Origin: Albugo candida
Lineage: Eukaryota
Direction: 5' to 3'
Assembly: GCA_040437565.1 (NCBI GenBank)
Contig: JBDOQK010000006.1
Location: 310,001 to 374,000, forward strand
Length of the DNA stretch: 64,000 nt
This document shows, piece after piece, positions 1 to 15,000 of this stretch. The translations under genes were made by a program, and so were the position numbers. The notes beneath the pieces were generated by a model, which worked only from the letters and a program-made list of their open reading frames with translations, ran no database searches and was not told where the DNA came from. The stretch's first letter is position 1. Every line of letters begins with the position of its first letter.

Positions 1-611
1 GAAGTACAATCTTCTAACATTGAGAAGATTTGAAAGCTCGAGATGAGATTGCACGAATGCTTTATACTCTCTCACAATGCACCGAGTAAGTCTCATAGGT
101 CCATCTTGACCTGCTAGTATGGCTGGCCCTTCAATAAAGGAAGTGAATACTTCATATAACAATTCGTAACAATTTTGCGGGATATTGGATGTGAACGATT
201 CCCACCGTAAACGAGGTCACTACAACTAATTTTCTAAAATCATTCGTATCCTTTTGCCGAATACGTCGAGTGTCATCGTATTTTTAGCTCCTATAAAGCT
301 TTACACGAAAGGCATAACGTTGACATTGGATCTTAAAGTGTTACACAAGTTGGAACTATTCAGGGATGAGGTAGATATGATAAGTATCATGCGTTTCCAC
401 CAAAAGTGCTTCAGTTAGCTCAGTACTACTCTATCTTCTGATGTGATTTGAAAATCCAACATCTTATGTCGTCTATCCATGCGTAAAGCATCGGCAAAGT
501 CATGCAACTTTTGATGTGTCATATGATAAGATGTCAATTAAACTTCAATCATAAAGAACATGTTTTTAACCCGACTTTATGTGTGAATCAAAGGTTACTA
601 TATTCGCATAA

Positions 612-2329
612 ATGATGGAACAACATGGATCCTCTTCGACTTACGACGTTGCTGCTGAGCCTTTATTACGGAGACAGGATAAGAAACAAGACAATGACTT
701 TTATCGGGAATCGAGCCTAGAATTTACGATTTCACGACCACCAACACGTGAGAAATACTTGAAGAAACTAGGCTACACGCCTCTCATCTTTCGGGTATGC
801 TTCTGCGCATAATGAACAGTATCCCAAGGTTGATAATAGAAGTTGTAGAAAGTTGGGAGCTTACTGGCAGCATTATCTCCAATGAGACAGAAAAAAAATG
901 TCAATTTTGAGCGAACAACTGAGGGGGATACGTTTCCACATCATCAGTCTTTCCTACCGGCGAAAGGATCGATTCGAGGGTCTGTATTCAACCTTGCAAG
1001 TGCAACTTTAGGTGCTGGGGCATTATCATTGCCCTACGCTGTCGCGGTTTCTGGAATTGGTTTTGCCATCGGACAGCTCTTGCTTGGTGCTGCACTCACC
1101 ATCTATACAATCCGACTCCTGACCCATGCCGCCAAACTCACAAAGTAAGATCTATACTTGTCATAATAATTATCACTCATGCCTTATGCTTTCTTAGATT
1201 GAATTCTTATGAAGATCTTGCCCTCTTTTGCTTTGGAAAAAAGGTAATTTATACTCTTCAGTCGGCATCTTCAACTATGCTCTCATTGGGATTGCAGGCA
1301 GCGATATTTGTGGAACTCAATATTCTGGTATTCTGTTTTGGTATTTCCATCGCCTATCTAGTGACCCTGGGTGATATTCTCACCCCAATGGGAGAGCTTT
1401 ACTTTGGAAATGATAGTATCCTATCAAAACGTTGGGCACTAATGTCCTTTTCATGTGGTGTGATCATGCTACCGCTTTCTTTGTTGCGTGACATCAGCAG
1501 TTTGCAATTCTCATCAATTCTGGGAGTCTTTTCGATCATTTTTCTGGTTATCGCGGTTTGTATACGCTCAGTCATGTACTCTATCTCAAACGGAGTTGCA
1601 AAATCTATATACTGGGGCTTCAACTACTCAAATGGTCTGCAATTTATGCTGAGCGTTCCGATCGTCATGTTTGCATTCACAAATCAGGTTGCATTGTATT
1701 TGAAGTGAGGATGTCTGTCGAAGAGACTTATACTTTCTTTACAGGTCAACGTGTTCTCAATTTATACGGAGCTTCAGAGACCGTGTATACGTCGAATGAA
1801 CAAAGTTGTGGACCGGGCCACATTGATTTCATTCATATTGTATGCAACCATAGGAGTGGTTGCTTACGTAGCTTTTGGATCTTCTCTTCTAGACAAAGAT
1901 TCAAAGGGAAATGTTCTTCTGAGTTTTCCCCTGAAAGATACACTGATTGCAATAACTCGAGCAGCTTTGACTTTCACAGTGTCCGTGGCATTTCCACTGA
2001 ACATTTTCCCGTGTCGATTCACGATTGATATGATGTTCTTCGCCTACGCTGAAGATTCTCAGATACGCCACTTCCTGGTCACTTTTACACTCGTTTTCCT
2101 CGCACTGCTTTTGGCCATATTTTGTCCAAGTATAAATGTTATTTTTGGAATCATTGGTGGGTCCTGCTCAGCAATTGTATGTTTTTGTTTACCTGCAGCT
2201 TTCATCTTAAAATTGGAGACGGGTAAACTTTGCGGTAGAAAGAAGATTGGACCCTTGGTGCTTCTGATAAGTGCTATTGTCATTGGATCAATCAGCACGA
2301 TTGTTACAGTCTGCACAGCGCTGGTCTGA
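612..2329 (+). CDS. Amino acid/auxin permease (AAAP, SLC38/AVT-like) transporter, multi-exon
   Basis: Fragments GSVFNLASATLGAGALSLPYA, SYEDLA..FG, LPLSLLRDISSLQFSS, FAFTNQ/VNVFSIYTEL and AFPLNIFPCR, with many hydrophobic segments. Consecutive ORFs are joined by short GT..AG introns (e.g. about 1145-1197 and 1688-1744). The start exon is less certain. Confidence 0.9.
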
Positions 2330-3004
2330 AAGTCTTTTACTCATTCTATCGAATTCCGACGAATGTGAATACTTTAACTTGCGGATACAGGCACAGGTTT
2401 GTGTGTAATGAAACGTCTACGAATAAAAATTTGTTAATACTTACGAGCTCAGCTGACAACGTCTGAATTTGCATATTTATGTGCTTCAAAGTCAGGTTAT
2501 GGCTACGAAGTCATCACGCAGACATGGTGTTTTGTTACCGCTGCCGACATCTTCAAGACATCTCACGCTGAATTGTCTTCTTGCACATTCGCTACAGCCA
2601 GCAGCGATTAGAACCGCATACTCCACTTAATGAAAATTTTGCATGATATTTGAGTTCCAGGCTATTCGTGTCGTCGGTTGGAATCCAAGAAATCTCAGAA
2701 TCACTATTTTATCACAAATCAATTCACATCTCCTGTCAAATCCCTCATACGAGAACACGTTCAGCTTTGTGACAAATTTTTGAGATTTGGACTTCACGGA
2801 TTCTGTGCCGCACGGATTGTGATCATTTTTTCTGATGGTAGGTTTGGTAGGCAAATAGAGGGAGTTAGTTATCTACGTGTCTGGGATAGGTCATCGAGAG
2901 CAAAATCTTTCTTGCTGCGATCGGGATGCATTTCGAACATCAGTTGACGAAGTTTCATTGACCTCGTACTCCTTACTTCAACGCGTAGATGAAGTTTGTC
3001 GACG

Positions 3005-6000
3005 ATGTCACCAGAAATTTATGTAGTGATCGAGACGATGCACGGCTGTGTAAAAATAAATACGTCATTGCGCCTGGTGGGTATCTTTTTAAGGCCGTGG
3101 TACTTCTCCGAGATCTTCACCATGGAGAGCAAATCTTTATCTGACTACCTGCCTGGGGAAATTCCGATGCAGGTTGGTTTTCGATGGAGCCTCATGGACA
3201 TTAACGAACTTCAAACGTACAAGATTTGTTATTTGCAAGAACAGCGTGACTTTAATATTAAGGAAGCTCGGGATATGCAAAATCGAGTAAAGCGAAAGCA
3301 ATCGATAAATTACAAGTTAACAGAGCATGGGACTTGTGTCACGGATAATGTGATCGGCTCGAAGCTGCTGAATAACATGGGCGTGCTCGGCATCGAAAAA
3401 ATCAACAACACAGATATATTCAACGTGCTGTGCAGCACTGGTGACTTCTGTAAGACCCAGCTTACAACAATGATATCAAAACACACGAGATCAAAACTTA
3501 TAAAACTTTGCATCGCCGGTACCCAAGACTACATTCAGGATTTTTTCTTCACGCGCCAACGACTTCTTCGACGGATTCTATACGCTGTACATAGGGAGCA
3601 ACATAGATTACACGTCTCGCTGTCACGTTATGAGAAGAATATGGTCGACCTCCTACTCTCGCGCTTGAATAACCAGGGACATGAAACACAATCTAGTGCA
3701 TATCAACCCACTTTTAAGAGCCTAAACATGTACGTAGAAGTACCGTCGAATGCGGACAAAAACAAGGGACAAATCGACTCGAATGAGGAGATCATCAATC
3801 AGACTAAAATATCACCCCACCTGACCCCAGTGCCAGTGCGACACGCTTTGGAATCCATATTCGTAGAACAGAGTGAATATCTTGGAAGAGATTCAGCCGT
3901 TTACTTGTCTCACCAAGTTGGCATTGTGATCGATAATCTGATTCAAAGTATTTCAAATCTCGGACCTTCAGCATGCTTCTCTGCTTCCGCTGAATCCAAT
4001 CCTATGTCAGATTCGACGTTTTCACGAAAAATTCAAGAAAATAATCCAGCAGTTCAGCAACTCTTATTGAATGTCTGCGTTGCGAACAAGTTGAAAATGG
4101 GTATTCAATCAGAAATCGGAGAAAAGGTTACCACTATCAACCCATATATGCGATTACGAGCATTTTTATGTCACTTACATATGGCAGTAACAAATGGATC
4201 GTTTTCTGAACTTCTAAATGTCGTCAAGCTCCTCTGTTCTTATGACAGTCGTAGTGTGAAGCAGTCTGCTGGCACCCTCCCGGTGGAAGAAATTAATGCC
4301 ATTGACATCACAAAGGTGATCGATGATTTATTTAAAGAAGTCTATAATGGATCCGATATTTATGACACACTTCTGGATGCCATGACAGGTCAAGATGTGC
4401 CAAGTTCCACAGCCATCTCACCGAAAGCATGCAGAAATACACAAAAATTGGATCATGTAGATATACAATCAGTCAACATAAGTGCTGATGCCCAGAAGGT
4501 TCACTCTGTCCAAATTTTAGGCAGCAATGCACCCGATATTTCGAATAAATCGAGACTCGAAGAACTTAGATCAGTATTTTCTCTTCTGGGCACGATAATT
4601 CTTAGTCTAGAAGATGTGCGACACGACGAGCGCATCATAGAAGATTCGGAACTTGAAGCTGATAATAATGAATGTAAATATCCATTCTTTACACCTTGTG
4701 ACGATGAAAAAGCACAAGTCTGGAGTTGCGGGCAAAACTCATATGGCGAGCTTGGTCATGGAGATACTGTGACTCGAAACATATTCACTTGTGTCAATTC
4801 GCTTCTGCAAAGGTCAATTGAAGAGATTGCTGCAGGAAACGAACACTCTTTAGTTCTCACCAAAGAAGGTGAAGTCCTTACATGTGGCTATAACGACAAT
4901 GGGCAATGTGGTCACAACTCCACAAAACGAGCTCCATATTTTAAGAGTATGTCCGGACTTACTGATACTCGAGTTACAAATATTTATTCCTTTAATGGGT
5001 GTGAACACTCTCTTCTACTCACTCGTGATGGCCGTGTAGCTACATGTGGTTTCAATGATTATGGTCAGTTGGGGCAGGGCAACACTAATAGCCTAATTGT
5101 TCCGAAGTTTATATCTTCCTTCGGAAAGAGACAAGTGCGAAAAATATCATGTAGTTATTATCACACCATTTTCGCATGCTCGGATCTCGGAACTCAGTTC
5201 CCCATGTTCCTCTATTCATGCGGTCGTAATGATTTTGGTCAATTAGGTACCGGTGATATCGACAATCGTAACGTTCCAACCCTTGTCGTCAAATTTCCTG
5301 CATCAGCAATCGTCTTATCGCTGGGTTGTGGTCAGTATCATTCAATAGTCATCTTCTCTACCAGAAGTAAAAATGACCTTGGTCAGCTTTGTGCTTTTGG
5401 AAAAAATGATTGTGGCCAACTTGGCACCGGGAAATCAGGTAATCAGTGTTTGCCAGTGTTTCTATCTTCATTTCGATGTAGTACAATTGCTCAACATAAT
5501 CCGAAAGTCGTGAAGTGTGGATATTATCATAATATTGTTCTCTGTGAAGAAGGTCATCTATGGGGTTTTGGAAGAAATGATCATGGCCAGCTCGGGTTTG
5601 AAACGAATTCGTATGACGGAATATCTTATAGCAGCAGACCGCAGTTGATAAAAGGTCTGGAGGGAAAGGACGTCAGCACTGTTGCTTGTGGCTCTTACCA
5701 CACAATCGTAGCTTGTGAAAGTGGCTTGCTGTACGTTTTTGGTCGAAATAATCATGGGCAATTGGGGACTGGAGATGTTGATGATCGAGCAGAACCTTTT
5801 CCACTAGTGACTTTCATCAATCGACGTATCTCGCGACTATCGGCTGGCTTCTATCACACAGTTGTTTTGATAGGTGGTTCGCAGATCGATGAACCTGTTT
5901 ACTTGGATGGAAAGGAAGCAGGGAATGATGATGAAAGACGACACGACTACTATCATGACGCACTACTAACACATCCATTGGTATCACAAATGCTGAATTT

Positions 6001-9000
6001 GCAATTTTCCACCTGCCCGGAAAGTATCAGCTCAATTACAGAAGAAAATCTGATAGAAGATGATCACGTTAGGATTAACTCGGTCTCATACGATCGAGTC
6101 TTTGAGAGTGAGATTCCTCAGGCGAAGAATATGTACAGCTTGGTCTTACTCATCGCGTTGCTTGCACAACTGAGCCGATTGTGTGAGCCACATTTTCCCA
6201 AAAACTTACACAGAACTGAGTTGGGAACTGGCGTTCTCTCGACTACCGGAATTATCGCAGCTACTCCCGAGCACCTTACATCTCTGTATGGTAAAATTAG
6301 AAGCTCCAATACACCTACCTTTCCCACCCCCAAAAATGTTAAACTTCATGTCATAGATCCAAGTCCCGGCACTTTGCGATCTCTACTTGATCTTCTTAAG
6401 GCTTTTGAACAAGCTGACTGCAAAATACTCATGAATTATGCCCTTTTGGACAGGATATTGCACAATGGGAGTTCGAAATCAAATTTTAGCAAATTTTCAT
6501 CCCATACATACATGAAGGAGGTGGTGTTGGATTTAATACAAGTCAATCTAAAGCGCTTTCTACATTCAGGGCACGCTCATTTGATTATGCTGGGACAGAT
6601 GTTTGGGGAAAATAAAAATATGATGGGCAGGATGGAAAAGCTGCAGGGAATGCAGATTGTCATCTTTGCTATAAGAGATCATTTGCTGAAATATTTCGAT
6701 GAAATAACGTCACCTTCGAGACTCAACGATCTTTACATGAGGACATTTCTACAAAATTGGGATATTTTTTTTCCTTGCCTATGCCTTCAAAATCATTTCA
6801 TTATGTCATTGTTCCCAGATCAGGATACGCCAATTTCATGTTCCATTATCGACTCATACGTATCCTGCTTGCAATATCATCAGAGTAGAAATGATAGTAA
6901 GGTCGTATTTGGATATCCAAACCTAAGAATGCAGGCAAAGGCGATGCTGCTCTCTCCTGTGCTTTCATTAGTATCCGACGATTCTCACATGGTCAAGTCG
7001 ATGTCTGTTTCATATGATCATTGCAGTCAACATCCCTCTAGAATACATGAAGGTATTTGGCATTCCAAGCAGCTACTTTACAAGCTGATTTTGGAACAAT
7101 TAATGGCCGATAATATCGATGCTCTTAACGACGGAAAAGGCATGGACACGTTTGGTGCTGGGTCCTCTCAATCGGCACATTATTTCCAATTTTTAACAGG
7201 TCATTTGAAGCAGATTACATCCTGGGTCAATTATCAGCCACATTGGAGCATTCCAGTACCTGCTGTTATCGAGACAACAACGAATATTTCAAATCGAATA
7301 AACCACATTTTGCGGTTTATATTATCACATGAGGCAGCCTTGCGAGCTCCGAGAGATCATTGCTCAGAAATAATTCCTTCATCATGGCGTTATTTTCTCG
7401 ACTTTGTCTCAGTCACATTACTTCATTGTGACGAATTGTTACAACAATATGCCGAGTATGCTTTTCCACATCCAACATTAGAAAATCTGATGAAGGTTTT
7501 GAAAGAGCAGACAGCTGTTGGGCGCGTCTTGCCTTCCATTTTATCTTGTCTTATGGCACTGGTCACTAACTCACTCGTGGCATCTAGTCTGTATCCCTCA
7601 CTGATCAAATTACTGAAATCTTTCAGTGAACTGAATCAGCATCTGGGACAAAATAATAAGCCTGATTGGCTCGACGAAAATATCCCGGCTGAAGGAGATA
7701 AACCGCATCAAAGTATTGTGAAGAAAGTGTTCAAATTGCCATGGAATGAATTGCTACAGAAAGAGCTTGTCACGATAGCTGTCGATCTAGCGATACAAAG
7801 TAGCAAAGGCGATTGTCCGTTCAACCTGGAGTGGGTCGCGACTCCGAAAGAATCAGTATCAAAATATCCGGATTCTGCTCCAACCCAGATATCGCTAGAT
7901 GAATGGAGTATTAGTAAGTTATTTGAAAGTGGTCTTGACTCTGAAGTATATGATAAAAATCGTTTTCAGAGTACAAAGATTGGAAAAAGGATTTTTTCGA
8001 AAACGTCTATTAAAAGGTTACGATTCCACAGCGATTATGCTTTGATGACGCATGGAGAAATCAAACAATTTTTATGGAATCTTAGTGCACAAGAACCTAC
8101 CGAGATGATAAATGATGCAATCATATTCTCGGAATGGGTTCGAAGTCAATATAGAAAAAATGATGGCGCCTACAACATTCTTTTACGTCAACGCAAGGAA
8201 CAGGGACCTGTTGATGAGCATAAAGATCTTCATTCCGAGAGAATCGTCGCAGTTGAGAACGCGGTATTTGCGGCACTTCTAAAACATACTCCAAACCTGG
8301 CATTGATGGCTTGCTTTTTCTCTAGTAGAATGAAAAGAGACCAGTACAAGACATGTTCATCACCATTACCTAAGAGTCTTTACGCTCTTTGGAGGAAGGT
8401 AGCAGGAGTCAGCAAAGAAAACGCTTCGAGAAAACGGAGTCTGCAGCAGCAGGATAAAGATTTGAAGCCTTACTATTGTTCACAGCAAAGTATCATTGAA
8501 AGAAGCCAATTTCTCCTTGGTATTGCAAACCGTGCATTTGTGGAGGGAGGAGAGACAGTGACGACAGGAAGAGTCTATGCGTCAATAGGAATTTTTGGAA
8601 GATCATGCAACATATCATCTTTTTGGAAACGCCTAAGGGCACGTTTTTATGTATGTATCCGATGGAAAGTAGTCACAGCATTTGTCGATGCGAGCAGTAA
8701 TGAAATCATCAAATTTATCATGGATCCACGCATTCCAGAAGATAGAATTGGGCTAGAGATGTTTTGCACAGTGCTGACTGTAGAATCAACTCGACGTATT
8801 CAGAGTTGTATTTCTGGTATGCGTGCTCTGCGTGAAATTACCAGTTGGGTCTCCTTAGTGATGTCTCCAGCATTACAGGATGATGTATTAGGAGGGATAG
8901 GACGAGTTCTATTATTGAACCCATCATTTCCTCATGTTCAACATTACGCTTATACACAGCACGAGGAAGAAAAGCCCCGAGTGTCAGCTTTTCCTCGAAG

Positions 9001-12000
9001 AACCTCATTCAAATTATTGTCAAACTCGGCAGCCTCTAATCAGGACTCAAATCACCAACACCTTCAGCTGTTTGGTTCAGTGTCATTACCTCTAGCTGGA
9101 TCGGTATACGGACAAAGTGTGTCAACGTCACGAAAGGAGATATGGCACCATTTCTTCTCTAGGATGTCTGACTTAATGTACGTATACTTGCAGATAGAAC
9201 AAAAAATGTGCTTTACTTCAGATCAGCGATGGTTTTACAGACTTTTCACCAAAACTGTGTCTTGTTGCTCACTCGAGGTGATTCCTTCCTCATACAATTC
9301 TAAATGGAACATTTTCAAGTTTTTACAATATATTCTGGAACATCTACCCACCAACGAGTCGGCCAATTCTATCAATGTGAACGGGATAATCGAATCTGTG
9401 CGACTATACTTGCACGGTCTGCTGATGCAGGTGTACACAGACCCAATAAATGGCACAAAATCGAAAGAATCGATGATACCGACTGCGAATGATATCACGT
9501 ACAATGAAATGATTCGACTTCAACAGATAGAAGACGTTGAGGTTGTAAAGTTTCGTGATAGCATGACTTCTTCCAAGTCTTTTAAAAATTATATCATCAT
9601 GGACCCAGTTCGATTATCCGACATCAACAAGGGTGTTGTGGCCGCTCCAGGCTATGCAACTTTATCAGACTCTGACGAGAGTGTCAAAATGGGTTTTAAC
9701 GGTAGGAATAATGACTGGAGTATTTCAGGTTGGCTGTACCTGCTACAAGTACCTTCAGTGACGGACACTAATGTGCCTTTCAACTCTTTTATTTCTTCAC
9801 ACAATATTCATGATGATGACGCAATGATGCGATTTATCTTGATACGAGAGAATACGATGCATATTTTTCCGTATGTGCTCTTATCAGGAAGATACGATAC
9901 CAATAAAAATAAAACTTGTTGGTTCCTGGAAGCTGGTCAAGGAATCGGAAATAAATTTGATCAGAAAAATCCCAAGATACAGCATCTTGATCGCCTTTGC
10001 TCCAAGCAATCATTACCTCAAAAGAAGTGGACGCAATTCACTGTGGTTAGTGATCAGCATAAATTTCGGCTTTACTTGAATGGATTACTTGAAGCACAAT
10101 GTACACCACAAGCCCGACCTTCGAAGCTACCAAATGGTGGGCTCGATTCCACCTTCTACATAGGGCGAGCATTCAACCACATGAATGCAAGTGAGGACGG
10201 GAAAGGTAATGTCAATTATGCAAAACAATTCCTTTCTCTCTTATCAAATGAAAGTGACACGGGAAGGGAAGTAATGACGAGTATGAATGGTTACGTAGCT
10301 CTAGTCTCAAATCACCTCCGAGCGCTATCACCCATCCATGCTCGAATTGTGTATGAGAAAGAAAAAGAACAAATCGGAGAATATTTTATCACCAAGCAAT
10401 TACGCGCACGATACAAATCCAAGGATGGAGATGAAAGTGCTAATGACATGGTCCCTCTAAAACAGTGCAGAAGTCATAAATTGGTGGAATTGCTAAGTAT
10501 TCTACGATTCTCCATATTCACCACCACAAACACTAACGTGACTATCACGAAAGAGAATATGAATCGATGGATCGAGTTGATATGGCTACAATTGCAAAAA
10601 GGATCCTGCTGGTCACTGATGCAAGCAAGCATACGACTTCTACCAGAACTTCTACTCGGAGCATCAAATCTTAGGGACTTCACAGAGCATTCATTCGGCC
10701 TGAATTCTCACGAAAAAAGTTCTCTCCACTCGAATGATATCGAAGAAATCTTTCATCTCATCGGAGCTTTTACAGACTTACGAACGAGACGAAAGATTTC
10801 TGAATCCAGAATGCTCACAAACACGGATGACTGTCGACCATGGTGCGCCTTTTGCGACTGCGTACAACCTCGTCAAAACAAAAACATAGCTTTTGCTAAT
10901 GAATTTGTCCGGCTTCTAGATTATCTAGCAGTGTCAGCGCCTCAAAATTGGGGAAGTGCTATCCAGAAATCAGCTCTTTGTATACTAGAGGCTGAGGGAG
11001 ATTCAATCACATCAATCACCAGAAAGTTTGGAGTGGGTTATTACTTTGGTGGCATTATCGAAATTGATAATTATTGTGGAGCTACCGTAGAGATTTTGAG
11101 CTCAGGGAGAATATCAAGTATCGTTGGTCATTCTGCAAAATTTCACGGCCCTGATATGAAACAATCAGAAGAAGTGGATGATCTAGTCTTGATCAAACTT
11201 AGAGACTGTCCGAGCTGTGCTGCCTATTCAGGACACAAGGCAGATAACTATGATGAACCTGGTTGTCTTTGTGGAATAACGCAATTGCCCGCAGGTCTAT
11301 TGGCACTAGGAGCAACAAGAGCACCATTCGTATGCGAGTTTATGGGACTCCATTCACCAAATTTTATTCGTCAGGTAACTGATAATGCGAGAATGGAATT
11401 AATCGAATTCATGAGCTGCAGCACCACTCGGCAGGTAATTGATCAGGCGCAAGTAGTCACGAGTTTGATGANNNNNNNNNNNNNNNNNNNNNNNNNNNNN
11501 NNNNNNNNNNNNNNNNNNNNNNNNNNNNNNNNNNNNNNNNNNNNNNNNNNNNNNNNNNNNNNNNNNNNNNNTAACTATGATGAACCTGGTTGTCTTTGTG
11601 GAATAACGCAATTGCCCGCAGGTCTATTGGCACTAGGAGCAACAAGAGCACCATTCGTATGCGAGTTTATGGGACTCCATTCACCAAATTTTATTCGTCA
11701 GGTAACTGATAATGCGAGAATGGAATTAATCGAATTCATGAGCTGCAGCACCACTCGGCAGGTAATTGATCAGGCGCAAGTAGTCACGAGTTTGATGAGA
11801 ATAATGACCAACATGGCTCGTCGTGAATCGTTTGCATGTCACATCTCTTCTGATCCTAATCTGATGGAGCTATTGCTGAACTTTGCTCTCATTGAGGAGA
11901 AGCTTCACCGCCAAAATATATGTGGAATCACACAAAGAGTTTGGATTCTTCGTTGTCGACTTCACAAAGTAATTGAACAATTAGAAGGAGAGGCTGAAGC

Positions 12001-15000
12001 AGAACTTGAGAAAGCATGCCAGTCGATTTCGATGTTTCGGACTACCACATATTCGAGGAAGTCGAGGAATCCAGATGCATTACCCATCGTCGACAAAAAT
12101 GATTCTGTGCATGTGAATAAAGATTTCAGGATTTCCGAAAGCAACATTAAAGGTTCATTTTTTACGTCACAACATGACGTGTACTACGATGAAGAACGAC
12201 ATGATCCTAGTCGGTCAAACTCGAGTTCAACTAAAAATGAAGTCGAAGATGAATATGAACACGAGCAGTACTTGACTGTGTGCGGGCTTGACCACGGTTC
12301 CTCCTCGAGTGATATGAGTGACAGCAGTGAGACACAAGAGCAAGACGATACGGAATGGCTCAACTATGATAGTGGATTAGATCTGGATGAAATCGAAAGT
12401 GGTAAGGTCACAAATGAAGCTTCCATCCGTGAAGATGATCCGTATCACTTGAAAAAATCGATAGATGAGCTAAAAATGATGGGATTTCCCCAAAGTTGGT
12501 GTCTTTTGGCACTTCAGGAAACAGGGGAAGATATCGTTACTGCATCTACCTGGCTCGTTGACAATCTAGAGAATCTCATCGGGTCACAGGCGGAACTTGA
12601 TAAAAATAAATTTCAGGAACTAAAAGTCAAGTGCTGCGCATACAGTGACGAAGAAGACGATCCGGTGGAAGATGAGGTTCAAGAAAGATCAGATATATCT
12701 TCTCAAAACATTAGATCTCAAGAAAGAAATACTGAGGGGGCCAGAATCGAGGAAGAGACGGCCCGTAAAATATTTGCTGAAACGTACTTCCCATTGCATG
12801 ATGGCGGATATTATCACAATATTCGCGATCAGTATGTACAGACATGGAAAAAAGCCCCATCAACTATTCGTGGAACTAGGCAGACTTCAACTGATGTTCC
12901 ACCTCATACTTCGAATGTTTTGACAGACGCTAGGCCGGGAATATCGTCTATGGATGCCACTGCAATGTATATCCACACATGTACGGAAGTGAAAGCATTT
13001 CAAGAACGCGTTGATGAAATAATGGACCTAGGAATTCTTCTACAGCTACTTGTTGATCACGAACTTGCTCAAACAATAATAATGTCTCGGAATATCGTCG
13101 CGAATATATTATCAGCGAAGAAAATGGGTAGGATGCCGACACTTCAAGAAGCCTCATATTCTGCCTTCTTTGAGTATATAAAGTTGGTTTTTTGGCGTGG
13201 TGATCAATTTATACTTATTCAGGAATCGGAATGCAGTGATAGAACGACAAAGCGTTCGCGACTGTATATGAAGGAGGTAGTAAAGATAAGCCTTAAATCT
13301 TTCATGCGGCTCAATCCCGAAGAATTTACAGATTCTCTCGTTATGTTTATCTTGCGAGAGTTGGAAAGTGCTTGTTCGAATGATCGATATAAGTCTATTC
13401 TGTGGACAAATCGTCCGTTACATCGATCTGATTCAGCTGTCCTTCGAGAACCTGGAATTGAGATTATCACCTTTGTATTTGACTGGATGCTTCATGAGAA
13501 TGAATCACGAGCAATTTGTCGGGGGGTCTTCAATCTATGTAATGAGCTCGGAGAAAATCTTTACAAAAGCACCAATTTGGCCATCAGATTTATCTGCAAC
13601 CATATATGCAGTCATTCATTGAATTACCTCTTACGTAGAGGTGAAAAATTTCCCGAACGATTGATTATTCAATCACCCGTACTTTTAAAAGCTGCACATG
13701 CAAGATACACACGAGAATGGATGCAGCATCGTTTTTTCTTCTCAAATTATCTTCTCTCATATGTCGATCTCCTACACGTTTTATGCAAGATAAATCACAC
13801 AGTATTTGAGCTTCTATCGACGCATCAACCAGCTTCAAAAAAATCCGATCGGCCGCTTGCATTTCAAACGCGGAATATTAGTCTGATAAAATATAAAGTG
13901 TCTCAAGACGCTACAACGGTAGCCTATCGAGGTCAGCATGTTTGGAACACGATCGTTGCTGTAGAATCTTACACTACTGGATGTCATCATTGGAGCTTTC
14001 GAATCGATAAATTGCCCTCTTGCTATCTCTTTCTTGGTGTTTGTAGCGACAAGAGTAATACGTACTCTTTTCTTGGATCAGACAACGAATCATGGGGTCT
14101 AATGGGAGACGGTGGATTGTATCATCGGCACAATCGAGTGCAAACATGTTCTTCTAAATTATCGGAAGGTGATATTATTGAATGCAAGCTCGATTTGGAA
14201 TTCGGTACGCTTCTATACACAAAGAATGGAACGGAGATGGGTTGTTTTGATAATATAATTGGACGGGTTGCTCCGGCAGTTTCTTTCTACTCTAGATCTC
14301 AGAAAGTGAGCCTTTTGGCTTCGAAGCCATCAGAATCACCCAATCCCTTTTCCGATATCCCTGTACTTATGACTCATAATCCTACAGGGGAGATTGATGG
14401 AACAATACGAGATTGTGTGTGGGCATGTAAGTGGATGGAATGGTTTTTGGCAGATTTAGATGATAGTGCATCGGATGCAGCACCCTCACTGCCGAACAAT
14501 ATCGCTCATTATGCCTATGATATGTATCAAGAGTGGATAAAGGAAAAGACCTACTGTGTAGCCACTCGTACGGGTGGTCTCTTGTGGGTCGATATCTCAG
14601 AACAACACGGAGCGTCTATGCAGCCTACCAAGCGAGTTACAACGTCAAGAGGACCTGGAACCATTGTTGGAACGTCATATGATCGTATCTGGGTTCGGTT
14701 GGACGATGAAGATGGTATCTGGTTTTTTCATTCTTCTAAAATGATACGGATCGACGATCCAGCAGTTAACCAATTTCCAGAAACTGGTGGAAATAGTGCC
14801 TCGAAATATAATTTGAATCAAGAAAGCGAAGTGCTTATGAAAAATGATCAGTACAAGACTTCCCCCGAAATGCTAGGTAGCGACATAGGTCATAAAATGA
14901 GTCCAATGTTGTCGCGTGAAGAATTCGATGAATATTGTCGCTCTTCAGCTGTACTTCCGCATTTGCGTTTTGACCTTAGTCAGCATTTAATCGATTTTGC